From assembly GCA_964613525.1 (NCBI GenBank), contig CAZTIN010000001.1:1-49141 (forward strand): a stretch of DNA of 49,141 bases. The letters run 5' to 3'. Both the position numbers and the translations under genes were made by a program. Every line of letters starts with the position of its first letter. Within the stretch, counting starts at the first letter, position 1. Positions 1 through 9,313 of this stretch are shown here, in pieces. This stretch comes from an uncultured Candidatus Saccharibacteria bacterium (GTDB lineage Bacteria; Patescibacteriota; Minisyncoccia; Phycocordibacterales; UBA9973). The notes under the pieces are model-generated. The model made no database searches. It saw only the letters and a list, made by a program, of their open reading frames with translations, and was not told where the DNA came from.

Positions 1-769
1 CCCTAGTAAATTTTTCTTCTTTAATTAGAGCTACGTCGTTGATATGCGTTAGTGCGAAAATTTGCTTCTTTGTTACATTAGCTTGTTCGAACTTTTTAGC
101 TTTAGCCAAAGTGTTCATTTCTTTCTCCAAAGATTTTAATATATTTGTTTTACTGCCGCTGAAAAATAGCTTTATGTTTTTGATATTTTTTAAATACTTT
201 TTCCTGGCTTCGCTCTCGCCTACGTCTGGAGCAAGATGAAGTTGCTTGTAGAATTCATACCTATCTTTCTTTAATGTTTTAGCATCAAGGTATGGGAAAA
301 TTTTACGTATTATGCGCAGCGCTGTGCGCAAAGATTCACCACTAGTGTAAGGCCCGTAAATAGCTGACATTTTCTGACTCCTGACTTCGGATTTCTTAAA
401 GTCTATAACACGTCCACGCTCGATGGTAACACGTGGAAAAATATCTTTCGTAATACAAACGTAGTTGTAGCTCTTATTGTCTTTTTCTTTAGTGTTGTAT
501 TTTGGTTGATGCTTCTTAATAAGGTTTGATTCTAATATCAAGGCTTCGAGCACACTGTCAGTTGTTTCGAATTTAATATTGTCAGCTTCTTCCACCATCC
601 TGACTATCAGTGGACCGCGGGTGTCCATGAGGTCTTTCGAGAAATAGCTCTTTACTCGGCTTTCTAGGCTAGTGGCTTTACCTATATATAGTATTTCATC
701 GCTAAGGCAGAAAAAATACACCCCAGGTGCATCCGGAAGACCGTATTCTTTCAAGCTTTGACTTTTCAT
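1..769 (-). CDS. uvrC: Excinuclease ABC subunit C (UvrC), N-terminal 256 codons; the 3' end lies beyond the window start
   Basis: Absent from the ORF track because it runs off the edge. My minus-strand translation from ATG 769-767 stays open to position 2: MKSQSLKEYGLPDAPGVYFFCLSDEILYIGKATSLESRVKSYF (GIY-YIG motif), later ...LAKAKKFEQANVTKKQIFAL (UVR-domain-like). Confidence 0.85.
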   Translation of the reverse strand, partial: MKSQSLKEYGLPDAPGVYFFCLSDEILYIGKATSLESRVKSYFSKDLMDTRGPLIVRMVEEADNIKFETTDSVLEALILESNLIKKHQPKYNTKEKDNKSYNYVCITKDIFPRVTIERGRVIDFKKSEVRSQKMSAIYGPYTSGESLRTALRIIRKIFPYLDAKTLKKDRYEFYKQLHLAPDVGESEARKKYLKNIKNIKLFFSGSKTNILKSLEKEMNTLAKAKKFEQANVTKKQIFALTHINDVALIKEEKFTR

Positions 770-807
770 ACTAGGTATACTACATTTAATGTAAATTAAT
801 TTCAATT

Positions 808-1089
808 ATGGCAAATTCAATACAAGGAGAACTGAGTAAGAATGAGTTCGAGGATACTACCCTTGCTCATGGGGTACAAGTCCACACACTAATACTACTC
901 TACAACCAACTCCTAAAATCAAACGGTCAAGATAAAGACCAGGAAAAAACTTTTAAAGAACAAATAGCAGTAATGATTCATCCGAAGACTGGCGCAATGG
1001 CTGATCAAAGCAAAGAAACTATTTTAAAAACCACACATGCTTTCCTACAAAATTTCCTTATACCGGACACAGCATATAGCGGTGACTAA
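808..1089 (+). CDS. Hypothetical protein, 93 aa
   Basis: ORF divergent from uvrC, ends in TAA and is followed by a strong hairpin terminator. No recognisable motif. Confidence 0.4.
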   Translation: MANSIQGELSKNEFEDTTLAHGVQVHTLILLYNQLLKSNGQDKDQEKTFKEQIAVMIHPKTGAMADQSKETILKTTHAFLQNFLIPDTAYSGD

Positions 1090-1103
1090 CCTAACTTAAT
1101 AAA

Positions 1104-1134
1104 AATTACGCGACTGCAGGACAGTCGCGTAATT
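1104..1134. terminator. Bidirectional intrinsic terminator between 808..1089 (+) and uvrA (-)
   Basis: 13-bp stem AATTACGCGACTG / CAGTCGCGTAATT, loop CAGGA; A-run on the left, T-run on the right. Confidence 0.65.
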
Positions 1135-3747
1135 TTATTTTTTCTTCAAGAATTTCTTTAAATATTTACCAGTGTAGCTTTTCGGATTATTAGCTACTTC
1201 TTCAGGAGTTCCTTTGGCAACTAGCTTACCTCCGCCACTACCACCTTCGGGACCAATGTCTATCAAATAGTCAGAGGACTTTATAATATCCATACTGTGC
1301 TCAATTAGCATTACACTGTGGGATTTCTCCACTAACCTATTTAATACATCAATAAGCTTAGCTACGTCATCGTAGTGTAGTCCTACCGTTGGCTCGTCTA
1401 GCAGATACATTGTACGTTCAAGACGTGGTTTATATAACTCGCTAGAAATTTTTACACGCTGAGCTTCACCACCTGATAGTGTCGTAGCGCTTTGACCTAG
1501 CTTTAAGTAACCGAGTCATACATCCATGAGCGTCTTCAGCCTGTCATAGATTGCAGGAATGTCTTCGAAAAATACTATGCCTTCTTCCACTGTAGTTTCC
1601 AAGACATCATAGATACTCTTTTTCTTATATTTAACAGACAGGGTTTCTTTATCAAAACGGCGTCCATTACATACGTCACATGTTACGTACACAGTCGGTA
1701 AGAAATGCATTTCTACTGCTATTTCACCATTACCTTCACAGGCTTCACATCGGCCACCTTTTACGTTGAAAGAAAACCTATTTGGCTTCCATCCGCGAAG
1801 ACGTGCTTCTTCTGTAGAAGCAAATAATTCACGAACAAAACTCCAAGCGCCAGTATATGTTGCAATATTAGAACGTGGTGTACGGCCAATTGGTGACTGG
1901 TCTATCAGCACAACACGCGATAGATATTCTGAACCAGTGAAGCTAGCGCAGTTAAAAGTCTTCGCACTACGCATGCGACGCTCAAGACGCGCTTGTAGGT
2001 TCTTATGTACTACTTCATACATAAATGATGACTTACCGGAGCCTGACACCCCTGTAATACAAACTAGTTTACCTAATGGAATTTCAATATTTAGATTATC
2101 AATGTTAAATATTTTAGCTCCTACTATTTTCAAAGTCCCCTTGTCTCTAGTACGGCGTTCTGGAATTTCAATATTAGCTTCGCCGCGTAGGTACGCCAGT
2201 GTTCGAGAAGCACCTTTGAAAGGTGGAGTTTTTTGAGATAGTAGTTCTTCTAAATATCCATAAGCTACGACTTCGCCGCCGTGCACACCAGCCTTGGGAC
2301 CAATGTCTACTATATAGTCCGCTGCAAAAATAGTATCTTCGTCGTGTTCAACAACTAATATTGTATTACCCAGGTCGCGAAGATCAGTTAGAGTCTTGAT
2401 CAGTCTATCGTTATCACGCTGATGAAGCCCAATAGTTGGCTCGTCCAGTACATATAGCGCACCCACAAGACGTGAGCCTAGTTGTGATGCAAGACGAATA
2501 CGCTGAGATTCTCCTCCTGAGAGAGTATTAGCTTTGCGAGAAAGTGAAAGATATTCAAGACCAACATCTAATAAGAATTGTAAACGGTATTCTATTTCGC
2601 GAAGTACGACTTCGGCAACATCCCATTCTTGATCAGAGAGATCCAAATTCTGAATAAAATCCAAAGCATCTTTAATAGAGAATGCAGTATAGTCTACTAT
2701 GTTGGCTTTCTTATCAGAACCAGACAAAAATACATTCAGAGCTTCTACGCGTAGTCTTTTACCATTACAAACACTACATGGTTCATCCCCCATAAATACG
2801 GTCGTGCCTAAACCATTACATTCAGGACAAGCACCGTATGGTGAATTAAAAGAAAACAATCTTGGTTCAACTTCTGGAAAAGAATACCCATCATCTGGAC
2901 AAGCGAATTTAGAAGAAAGCAAAAATTCCTGACCACCTTCGAAAGATAAAGTTACCAAACCATCGGCTTCTATAATAGAGCGCTCTATGGCTTCGTAAAG
3001 ACGAGTACGTGTATCATCCTTGTGGTCTTTGAACTCATGAACAGCGATAGTATCCACTAATACATCAATATCATGCTTGTTGTTTTTAGAAAGTATTATT
3101 TTGTCACGCAACTTCTTAACTTCACCATCTATACGGACATATTCGAATCCGCGTCCAAGTAAGTCATAAAGCATTTGGTAATATTCGCCCTTGCGTCCAC
3201 GAACAACTGGAGCAAATATTTTCAATTCTGTTTCATTCCAAGAAACACCCATTAATTCTTTCTTGCCTTTGGATTTTTTCTCAAATTCAGAAACTTTGTT
3301 AAGTGCAAAATTTAAGATTTCTTCATTTGTTAGCTTGTTTATTTGGCGGCCGCAGTCAGGACAATGTGGATGCCCAATACGCGCATAAAGCACACGCAAA
3401 TAATCGTAGATTTCAGTAATTGTTGCCACGGTTGAACGAGGATTATTAGACCTAGATTTCTGGTCAATAGAAATAGCTGGCGCAAGGCCTGAAATTTCAT
3501 CTACATCAGGCTTCGGCATTTGACCCAGGAATTGACGAGCATACGCTGAAAGAGATTCAACGTAGCGACGCTGACCTTCGGCAAAGATAGTATCAAAAGC
3601 TAGTGATGATTTACCTGACCCGGAAACCCCTGTTATAACGGTCATTTTACCACGCGGAATAACCACATCAATGCCTTTTAGGTTGTGTGTTCTTGCCCCA
3701 CGGACTACTATATTATCCTTGTGATCCTCCTTTTTCTTTGGTGCCAT
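1135..3747 (-). CDS. uvrA: Excinuclease ABC subunit A (UvrA), 870 codons, interrupted by one in-frame TGA at 1516-1518
   Basis: Track ORFs 1516..3747 and 1135..1410 are in the same frame. The 105 nt between them encode [35 protein letters not shown]. Two Walker A sites (GVSGSGKSS twice), two LSGGE signatures and Zn-finger Cys clusters are present. The C-terminus is ...[23 protein letters not shown]. Confidence 0.9.
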
Positions 3748-3756
3748 ATCGGCGTT

Positions 3757-3784
3757 AGTATAGCATCAGATACTAGTTAGTCAA
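3757..3784 (-). promoter_or_regulatory. uvrA promoter: TTGACT-16-TGcTATACT, 9 nt before the ATG
   Basis: Minus strand reads TTGACTaactagtatctgaTGcTATACTaacgccgatATG. Confidence 0.55.
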
Positions 3785-3791
3785 AATTAAA

Positions 3792-3819
3792 GAAACCCGC
3801 ATTTTATAACACGGGTTTC
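3792..3819 (-). terminator. Hairpin over the stop codon of gene 3804..4190
   Basis: GAAACCCG / CGGGTTTC 8-bp stem with a 12-nt loop, followed on the minus strand by TTTAATTTT. Confidence 0.45.
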
Positions 3820-4190
3820 CATTTTAAGAATGTTTTTTGGTTTTCGTCTTCATAACTATATCCTTCGGGATTATAGTCGTCAGGCTCAAGATAAAGATCA
3901 AAGAATTGGATTTTTTTTATTTCGTCATTTTCTGGCTCCTCTATAAAATTAGTCTTTTTTAATTTAGCTTTAGTCAAGCCAATTTTTTGTTTGATTATAC
4001 GACGGGCACATTTTAAAAACTTTTCTTTATCTTTTAGTTTACCTTGAATACTTGTCTTTAAATTACGGTAGACAGACTGACCATCTTTAAAGACTCTTTC
4101 GGCTTCGTACAGATACAAAGTTTTCTTACCATTTGAATAAAAAATGCGTATGGCAGAAAATAAAACAGTTGATTGGTTTGAAGTTAACAT
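3804..4190 (-). CDS. Hypothetical protein, 128 aa, Lys/Glu-rich
   Basis: ORF with a TATAAT box 21 nt upstream and a hairpin over its stop codon. No recognisable domain. Confidence 0.45.
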   Translation of the reverse strand: MLTSNQSTVLFSAIRIFYSNGKKTLYLYEAERVFKDGQSVYRNLKTSIQGKLKDKEKFLKCARRIIKQKIGLTKAKLKKTNFIEEPENDEIKKIQFFDLYLEPDDYNPEGYSYEDENQKTFLKWKPVL

Positions 4191-4240
4191 TACGTAATGG
4201 GTTTGTACATAATTATAACCTAATTAAGATAATAAAACAC

Positions 4241-4266
4241 AAATGCCTCTTAGTTAAGAGGCATTT
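4241..4266 (-). terminator. Hairpin terminator of the DUF3298-like gene
   Basis: AAATGCCTCTTA / TAAGAGGCATTT palindrome spanning the stop codon, with a T-rich tail on the minus strand. Confidence 0.5.
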
Positions 4267-5071
4267 GTACCATTTGTGAACCGTATACGTATGCGGCTAC
4301 TTGGTATTGAGTAAAGTATATATTTAGGAAACCTGGTTCTATGGTAAACACTGAGAAATTTTCTTTAGTTGGTTCAGTTCCTGGTATTAGCATACTATTT
4401 ATATTTTCTAGTGTCATTTTATAGTCGCCTTCGTTTTCGAAGTCATCTCTTTTTATTTTTTCCGCAAATTGCTGATTCAAATCTTGGCGTGAATATTCGG
4501 AAACTTTTTTAAGATAATCAGGATCCCCTGGGAATACGTCAGCCATTGTCATTTCTTTAGAATTCTTTACATCATAGTTGAATGAAATTATAGATTCATA
4601 TCCATGAGCTCCACCGCTATAACCAGCAACAGTTATAGTAAAACTAATATAGTTTTCATTGACTTGAACATAGTCGACTTTGGTTATAAATGTAAATTCA
4701 TCAACAGGAGGATATTCGGGAAGCTTCTCCCCTGGTAATTCTGTGGCTTTCCTAGCATTCCAATTAGACTTTACGTTGTTTTCAAATTCTGACTGAGCAA
4801 TAGTAATACTGTTTTTAACACGATCATTAAAACTAGGTACGGCGTTGCGGAAATATGGATATACACCTGATACACTGCCATATTTAGACATGGCTTTAAG
4901 AGGTATTTCGTTTACCATGGACATGTCTACCTGACCTGGGTCTCTTTTTGTTTCGGTTTCTTTGATGGTATCTACATTATTATTAGGAGTAAGAAAAGTT
5001 GTGCCTAGTTTATATAAAACAAAAGCTAAAAGTATAATTATTATAACGGACAGTATTTTGTGGTTCTTCAT
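4250..5071 (-). CDS. Membrane-anchored DUF3298/DUF4163-like protein (PdaC C-terminal-domain type)
   Basis: N-terminal TM helix (ILSVIIIILLAFVLY) and a central ...TVAGYSGGAHGYES... motif typical of DUF3298. Start moved to ATG 5071 because the longer ORF start (5089) lies inside the TGcTATAAT promoter box. Confidence 0.6.
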   Translation of the reverse strand: MKNHKILSVIIIILLAFVLYKLGTTFLTPNNNVDTIKETETKRDPGQVDMSMVNEIPLKAMSKYGSVSGVYPYFRNAVPSFNDRVKNSITIAQSEFENNVKSNWNARKATELPGEKLPEYPPVDEFTFITKVDYVQVNENYISFTITVAGYSGGAHGYESIISFNYDVKNSKEMTMADVFPGDPDYLKKVSEYSRQDLNQQFAEKIKRDDFENEGDYKMTLENINSMLIPGTEPTKENFSVFTIEPGFLNIYFTQYQVAAYVYGSQMVQMPLN

Positions 5072-5077
5072 ATACAC

Positions 5078-5086
5078 ATTATAGCA
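5078..5086 (-). promoter_or_regulatory. Extended -10 box TGcTATAAT, 6 nt before ATG 5071
   Basis: Minus strand reads caTGTGcTATAATgtgtatATG. Confidence 0.5.
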
Positions 5087-5135
5087 CATGTATAATTACC
5101 GCCCCCGTAACTGTTCTAAGTATGGTTTGAGTAAA

Positions 5136-7301
5136 CTAAGAAGAAAGTCTTTCTTCTAGGATTTTTATTTCGTCACGCAGAATTGCAGCTGTTTCGAAAT
5201 CAAGTATTTTTACTGATTCTTTCATAGCACTATTCTTTTGCTTGATAAGCTTCTTCAATACACTAGTATTAATGTCACCTTTTTTAGATTTAGTATTAGT
5301 CTTACTTCCGCTACCAGCAAGCATTAGCCTTATTTCAGTATCAAGCTCGTTAGCGGCAACTATGGCTTTTTCTTTTGCCATTTCTTCTGTAATGTCTTTG
5401 ATTTCTTTTTCGATGGTTTTTGGAGTTATACCATGCTGTTTATTGTAAGCTATTTGTTTGTCACGGCGACGATTGGTTTCTTTTACTGCTCTATCAATAG
5501 AACCAGTAATAGTATCAGCATAGAGAATAACTCGGCCTTTGACATTACGAGCAGCACGACCAATAGTCTGAATTAAAGAAACTTCACTACGAAGGAAACC
5601 CTCTTTATCAGCATCCAGAATACCAATAAGAGTAACTTCCGGCATATCGAGACCCTCACGAAGCAAGTTAACACCCACAAGACAATCAATGTCCCCACGG
5701 CGAAGGCGCGTAATTATTTGTATACGATCCAGTGTGTCTACATCACTGTGTAGATATTCAGTCTTAAAACCTTTGTCTTTAAGATATACTGATAAGTCTT
5801 CCGCCATTTTCTTTGTAAGAGTTGTGGCTAATACACGTCCACCTTCGCTAATTTCTTTTTCGGCTTCGTTTATGAAATCTTGAATTTGACCTGGATAATC
5901 AGGCGTAGTAGGTTTAAGAATAATTTCTGCGGCGGGTGTTTTGACCCGAGAATCAGAAATTTTCTTAGAATCTACGGAGTCTTTGGAAATATTGCCTGGG
6001 GTCACAGGCCTAATATCTATAACAGGGTCCAGTAATCCTGTCGGGCGAATAATCTGCTCGACAATGTTACTACTTTCAGTACGTTCGTATTCACCAGGAG
6101 TAGCAGAAACATAAATAGTTTCTGGTGTTATAGCATCAAACTCTTCGTATCTGAGTGGACGGTTATCTTTAGCACTAGGCAAACGAAAACCAAAGTCCAC
6201 CAAATTTTGTTTACGAGCTTGGTCACCATTATACATTGCGCGGAGTTGCGGTAATGTTACATGTGATTCATCAATGAATAAAGTATAGTCTGGGGTACCG
6301 TCTTCTAAATGCGGGAAATATGACAGCAAAGTATCTGGGGCTTCCCCTACCTTCTTACCAGCAAAATGACGGGAATAATTTTCTATTCCTGAACAATATC
6401 CGACTTCGCGTATCATCGCGATATCATAATTTGTACGACGCTTTAGTCTTTCAGCTTCTAGGAGTTTGCCTTCTTTTTCGAAAACTTTGAGACGCTCTTC
6501 TAATTCTTTCTTGATATCTTTTAGCGCTCTTTCCACTTCGCTCTTTTCAGTCATGAAATGTTTCGCCGGGAAAATAAACAAGTCAGCTGGTTCGTCTTTT
6601 ATTTCATAACTAACCGGGTCGATCGCAACAATACTGGTTATAGTATCGCCAGAAAAATTTACAGTGTACATTATAGTTTCAGACACTGGCATAATATCAA
6701 GCTTGTTACCTAGTATACGAAAAGTTCCAGAAGACAGGTCCCCAGTAGTACGTTCGTACTGCATAGTGATTAGTCTTTTTAAAATATCTGGGCGAGAATT
6801 CTTAGAACCAACGGATAGCCTCATGTTCGTCTTCTCGTATTCAACTGGTGAACCCAGACCGTAAATACAAGACACTGACGCAACAATAATTACATCTTTC
6901 CTGGTTAATAGCGACTGAGTAGACGCGTGACGCAGACGGTCGATTTCTTCGTTAATCTGTGCGTCTTTCTCTATATACGTGTCACTAGCTACAACGTAGG
7001 CTTCTGGTTGATAGTAGTCATAGTACGATACGAAATAATGCACTGCTGCATCCGGGAAAAAGGTACGGAACTCCTGCGCTAGCTGAGCCGCCAAAGTCTT
7101 GTTATGAGCAACAACTAATGTAGGTTTACCGACTTCGGCTATGATATTAGCCATTGTAAAAGTCTTACCGGTACCTGTGGCGCCGAGCAATGTTTGCTTC
7201 TTTAGGCCTTTCTTTAAGCCTTTTACCAAGCCCAAAATAGCCCCAGGCTGGTCACCTGATGGCTGATAGGAACTCTTTAATATAAAAGGACCTTTAGACA
7301 T
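5136..7301 (-). CDS. uvrB: Excinuclease ABC subunit B (UvrB)
   Basis: Walker A GATGTGKT, DESH box (FIDESHVT), helicase motif VI (QTIGRAARN) and a C-terminal UVR domain (LDFETAAILRDEIKILE). Confidence 0.95.
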   Translation of the reverse strand: MSKGPFILKSSYQPSGDQPGAILGLVKGLKKGLKKQTLLGATGTGKTFTMANIIAEVGKPTLVVAHNKTLAAQLAQEFRTFFPDAAVHYFVSYYDYYQPEAYVVASDTYIEKDAQINEEIDRLRHASTQSLLTRKDVIIVASVSCIYGLGSPVEYEKTNMRLSVGSKNSRPDILKRLITMQYERTTGDLSSGTFRILGNKLDIMPVSETIMYTVNFSGDTITSIVAIDPVSYEIKDEPADLFIFPAKHFMTEKSEVERALKDIKKELEERLKVFEKEGKLLEAERLKRRTNYDIAMIREVGYCSGIENYSRHFAGKKVGEAPDTLLSYFPHLEDGTPDYTLFIDESHVTLPQLRAMYNGDQARKQNLVDFGFRLPSAKDNRPLRYEEFDAITPETIYVSATPGEYERTESSNIVEQIIRPTGLLDPVIDIRPVTPGNISKDSVDSKKISDSRVKTPAAEIILKPTTPDYPGQIQDFINEAEKEISEGGRVLATTLTKKMAEDLSVYLKDKGFKTEYLHSDVDTLDRIQIITRLRRGDIDCLVGVNLLREGLDMPEVTLIGILDADKEGFLRSEVSLIQTIGRAARNVKGRVILYADTITGSIDRAVKETNRRRDKQIAYNKQHGITPKTIEKEIKDITEEMAKEKAIVAANELDTEIRLMLAGSGSKTNTKSKKGDINTSVLKKLIKQKNSAMKESVKILDFETAAILRDEIKILEERLSS

Positions 7302-7309
7302 ATGAGCAT

Positions 7310-7318
7310 ACTATAGCA
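7310..7318 (-). promoter_or_regulatory. uvrB extended -10 box TGcTATAGT, 8 nt before the ATG
   Basis: Minus strand reads TGcTATAGTatgctcatATG, directly downstream of the terminator at 7331-7364. Confidence 0.5.
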
Positions 7319-7330
7319 CCTACATCAGAA

Positions 7331-7364
7331 AAATAAAAAAACCGCATACAAAAGTATGCGGTTT
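7331..7364 (-). terminator. Intrinsic terminator of the 608-aa orphan gene
   Basis: 11-bp stem AAACCGCATAC / GTATGCGGTTT, loop AAAA, followed on the minus strand by TTTTTTATTT. Confidence 0.7.
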
Positions 7365-7386
7365 AGTAAATAAATTAAAGAACTAA

Positions 7387-9213
7387 TCAATTAACCTTTC
7401 CCGAAAGTAAACCGGATTTCCTATCAATAGGTTCAGAAAAATTTGCTGGTACTCCCCATATGCTAGAAACAAGACCACGAGAACTCCAAGTCGGTTTTGA
7501 ATATTTATTACGAATTATAATAAATGGTTCTACTTCAGAATTATAGAAACTTGCTGCCATAGGATCCAAGCCTACTAAAATCTCATAAGCTTCCAAAATA
7601 CGCATAGGACTTTTTAAATCAATTGCTGCTTTCAAAACCACCTTTACTGTTTCTACAGAAAAATTTTTCTTGGATAAAATCTCAAACAATTCATCATAAC
7701 TTTTACGATCATAAAGTTCTACAGTTTTCTGCTCGTTATCAAATGTGATTTTAATTCTTGAAAATGCTTCTTTGTCATAATCGATTCCATAATAATTCTC
7801 TCTCAATTTAGTCGCACGAAAATTATTTTTTTCATGCTTAGGAGTTATTTGATTATAAAAATCTAAACAAATCCTAATTGATTTCATTGAATTTAAATTA
7901 TTTCTAGCACTGTAGAAATTAATACTTTCTACAGCAAAAAGAATAGTTTCATAAATTTTAAGGCTAGCTAGTCTTTTTAGTAATATAAATACCGCTGACT
8001 GACTGCCTACCTGAATAGAATGAATTAAAGCTTTACCAAGAAAGATATATGATGAGATACCATTAATACTAGTATTCAACATTTTTCCTATGTCCTGGTC
8101 GTTGTTTTTTGCACTAACCGCTATTAAACCATTAATAATAGATGGGTTAAAAGGCTGGATAGTATAAGCCTTCTTAACAGATAATATCGATTCTCTGGTG
8201 ACAGCTTTTTGGCCTGTTGATATAGCATGAGCTTCGTTAATTCGTCTAGTAAACCATGGACCTCGGGCTTCATGCTTAAGACTCAAAGCTTCTTTTGGAA
8301 GAGTAAAACCACACAACTCACTTAATCTACTAATAATACCGGGTGTACTTAGTTTTTTCCAAACAAAGCGCATCACCCAGGATTCATTTTCAATATCGTT
8401 CATTTTTCTTGAATACAACACAAGAGGAATAAGAGATGAAGCTGGAGAATTCTCTAAATTAGTGGAAAGATGATCCAATACATCAGATCTTCTTTCAGAA
8501 CTATCTTTCTTTGCGGCAACAATCTTTAAATATCGTTCCTTTATTAAATCATTATCACACCATGGCCAATAGAAATCTTGAGTATAGTCAATACCCAGAG
8601 AAGTGATGAAAGTAGATAACATGTCTACAATTTCATACTCATTAACATAAGAATAATAACGATATAAAGCAATAATACATTTTCCTTTTTCATCAACACG
8701 TAAAATCATTCCAATTAACATGTTTAACAACGGAAGACGATAAGATGGACTGGGGATGTTTTCAACAACGGAATGAAAACAACGAGAAAGAAATTGAACA
8801 TGATTTTCATTCTTAAAATACAAATCAAACATACTATTTAGTATCTTAAGTTTCCCATCATCTTTTTGTCTTTTTAATGCGCAAATAACCAAAACAACTG
8901 CCTGAGGAGATATTTTGTTTTTTAACCATGCAGAAATCGAAACTACAAATAATTCATCCTTACTGAATGAGGTTAGTCTTTTAAACATTTCCTCTTCATA
9001 GCTAGGTATTTTAATACCTAAGAGCTCTTCTATTTTATCCAACCCAAAGAGTGGATTATCGAGCTTATAACAGAGAGACAACAGAATAAACTTTTCTTCT
9101 TTTGTCTTTTGATTTTGTAAAAGAACTTCTAACTCATTGTCAGAAATAGTTTCACTTAATTGGCACTGAAAATATGTTTCAATGGCCAAACGGATTCGAT
9201 CTTTCTTTTCCAT
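7387..9213 (-). CDS. Orphan hypothetical protein, 608 aa, no signal peptide, no recognisable catalytic motif
   Basis: Long uninterrupted ORF with its own consensus promoter and strong terminator. It is the only CDS in the window that ends in TGA, with an in-frame TAA four codons later at 7375-7377. Confidence 0.6.
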   Translation of the reverse strand: MEKKDRIRLAIETYFQCQLSETISDNELEVLLQNQKTKEEKFILLSLCYKLDNPLFGLDKIEELLGIKIPSYEEEMFKRLTSFSKDELFVVSISAWLKNKISPQAVVLVICALKRQKDDGKLKILNSMFDLYFKNENHVQFLSRCFHSVVENIPSPSYRLPLLNMLIGMILRVDEKGKCIIALYRYYSYVNEYEIVDMLSTFITSLGIDYTQDFYWPWCDNDLIKERYLKIVAAKKDSSERRSDVLDHLSTNLENSPASSLIPLVLYSRKMNDIENESWVMRFVWKKLSTPGIISRLSELCGFTLPKEALSLKHEARGPWFTRRINEAHAISTGQKAVTRESILSVKKAYTIQPFNPSIINGLIAVSAKNNDQDIGKMLNTSINGISSYIFLGKALIHSIQVGSQSAVFILLKRLASLKIYETILFAVESINFYSARNNLNSMKSIRICLDFYNQITPKHEKNNFRATKLRENYYGIDYDKEAFSRIKITFDNEQKTVELYDRKSYDELFEILSKKNFSVETVKVVLKAAIDLKSPMRILEAYEILVGLDPMAASFYNSEVEPFIIIRNKYSKPTWSSRGLVSSIWGVPANFSEPIDRKSGLLSGKVN

Positions 9214-9235
9214 TTTTTATATATAAATTTAATAT

Positions 9236-9265
9236 ATTATATCATAAAAATATGCTATTTGTCAA
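9236..9265 (-). promoter_or_regulatory. Near-consensus promoter TTGACA-18-TGaTATAAT for the 608-aa orphan gene (22 nt to the ATG)
   Basis: Minus strand reads TTGACAaatagcatatttttaTGaTATAATatattaaatttatatataaaaaATG. Confidence 0.6.
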
Positions 9266-9313
9266 GTATAAAAGCCCTGTTTTACAAGGCTTTTATCATA
9301 ATAGTATTCTATT

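Noticed and set aside
1135-1410. Track ORF of 91 aa ([12 protein letters not shown]...) as an independent small ABC-like gene
   Set aside because: It is the in-frame C-terminus of UvrA (Walker B, D-loop, H-loop). The upstream 105 nt encode the matching signature motif, so it is not a separate gene.
1516-1518. The in-frame TGA in uvrA read as Trp (code 4) or selenocysteine
   Set aside because: The position aligns to an invariant Gly (DVGL) in E. coli UvrA and in the first ABC half of this same protein. UvrA is not a selenoprotein and I saw no obvious SECIS-like hairpin immediately downstream. Trp would be non-conservative at this turn.
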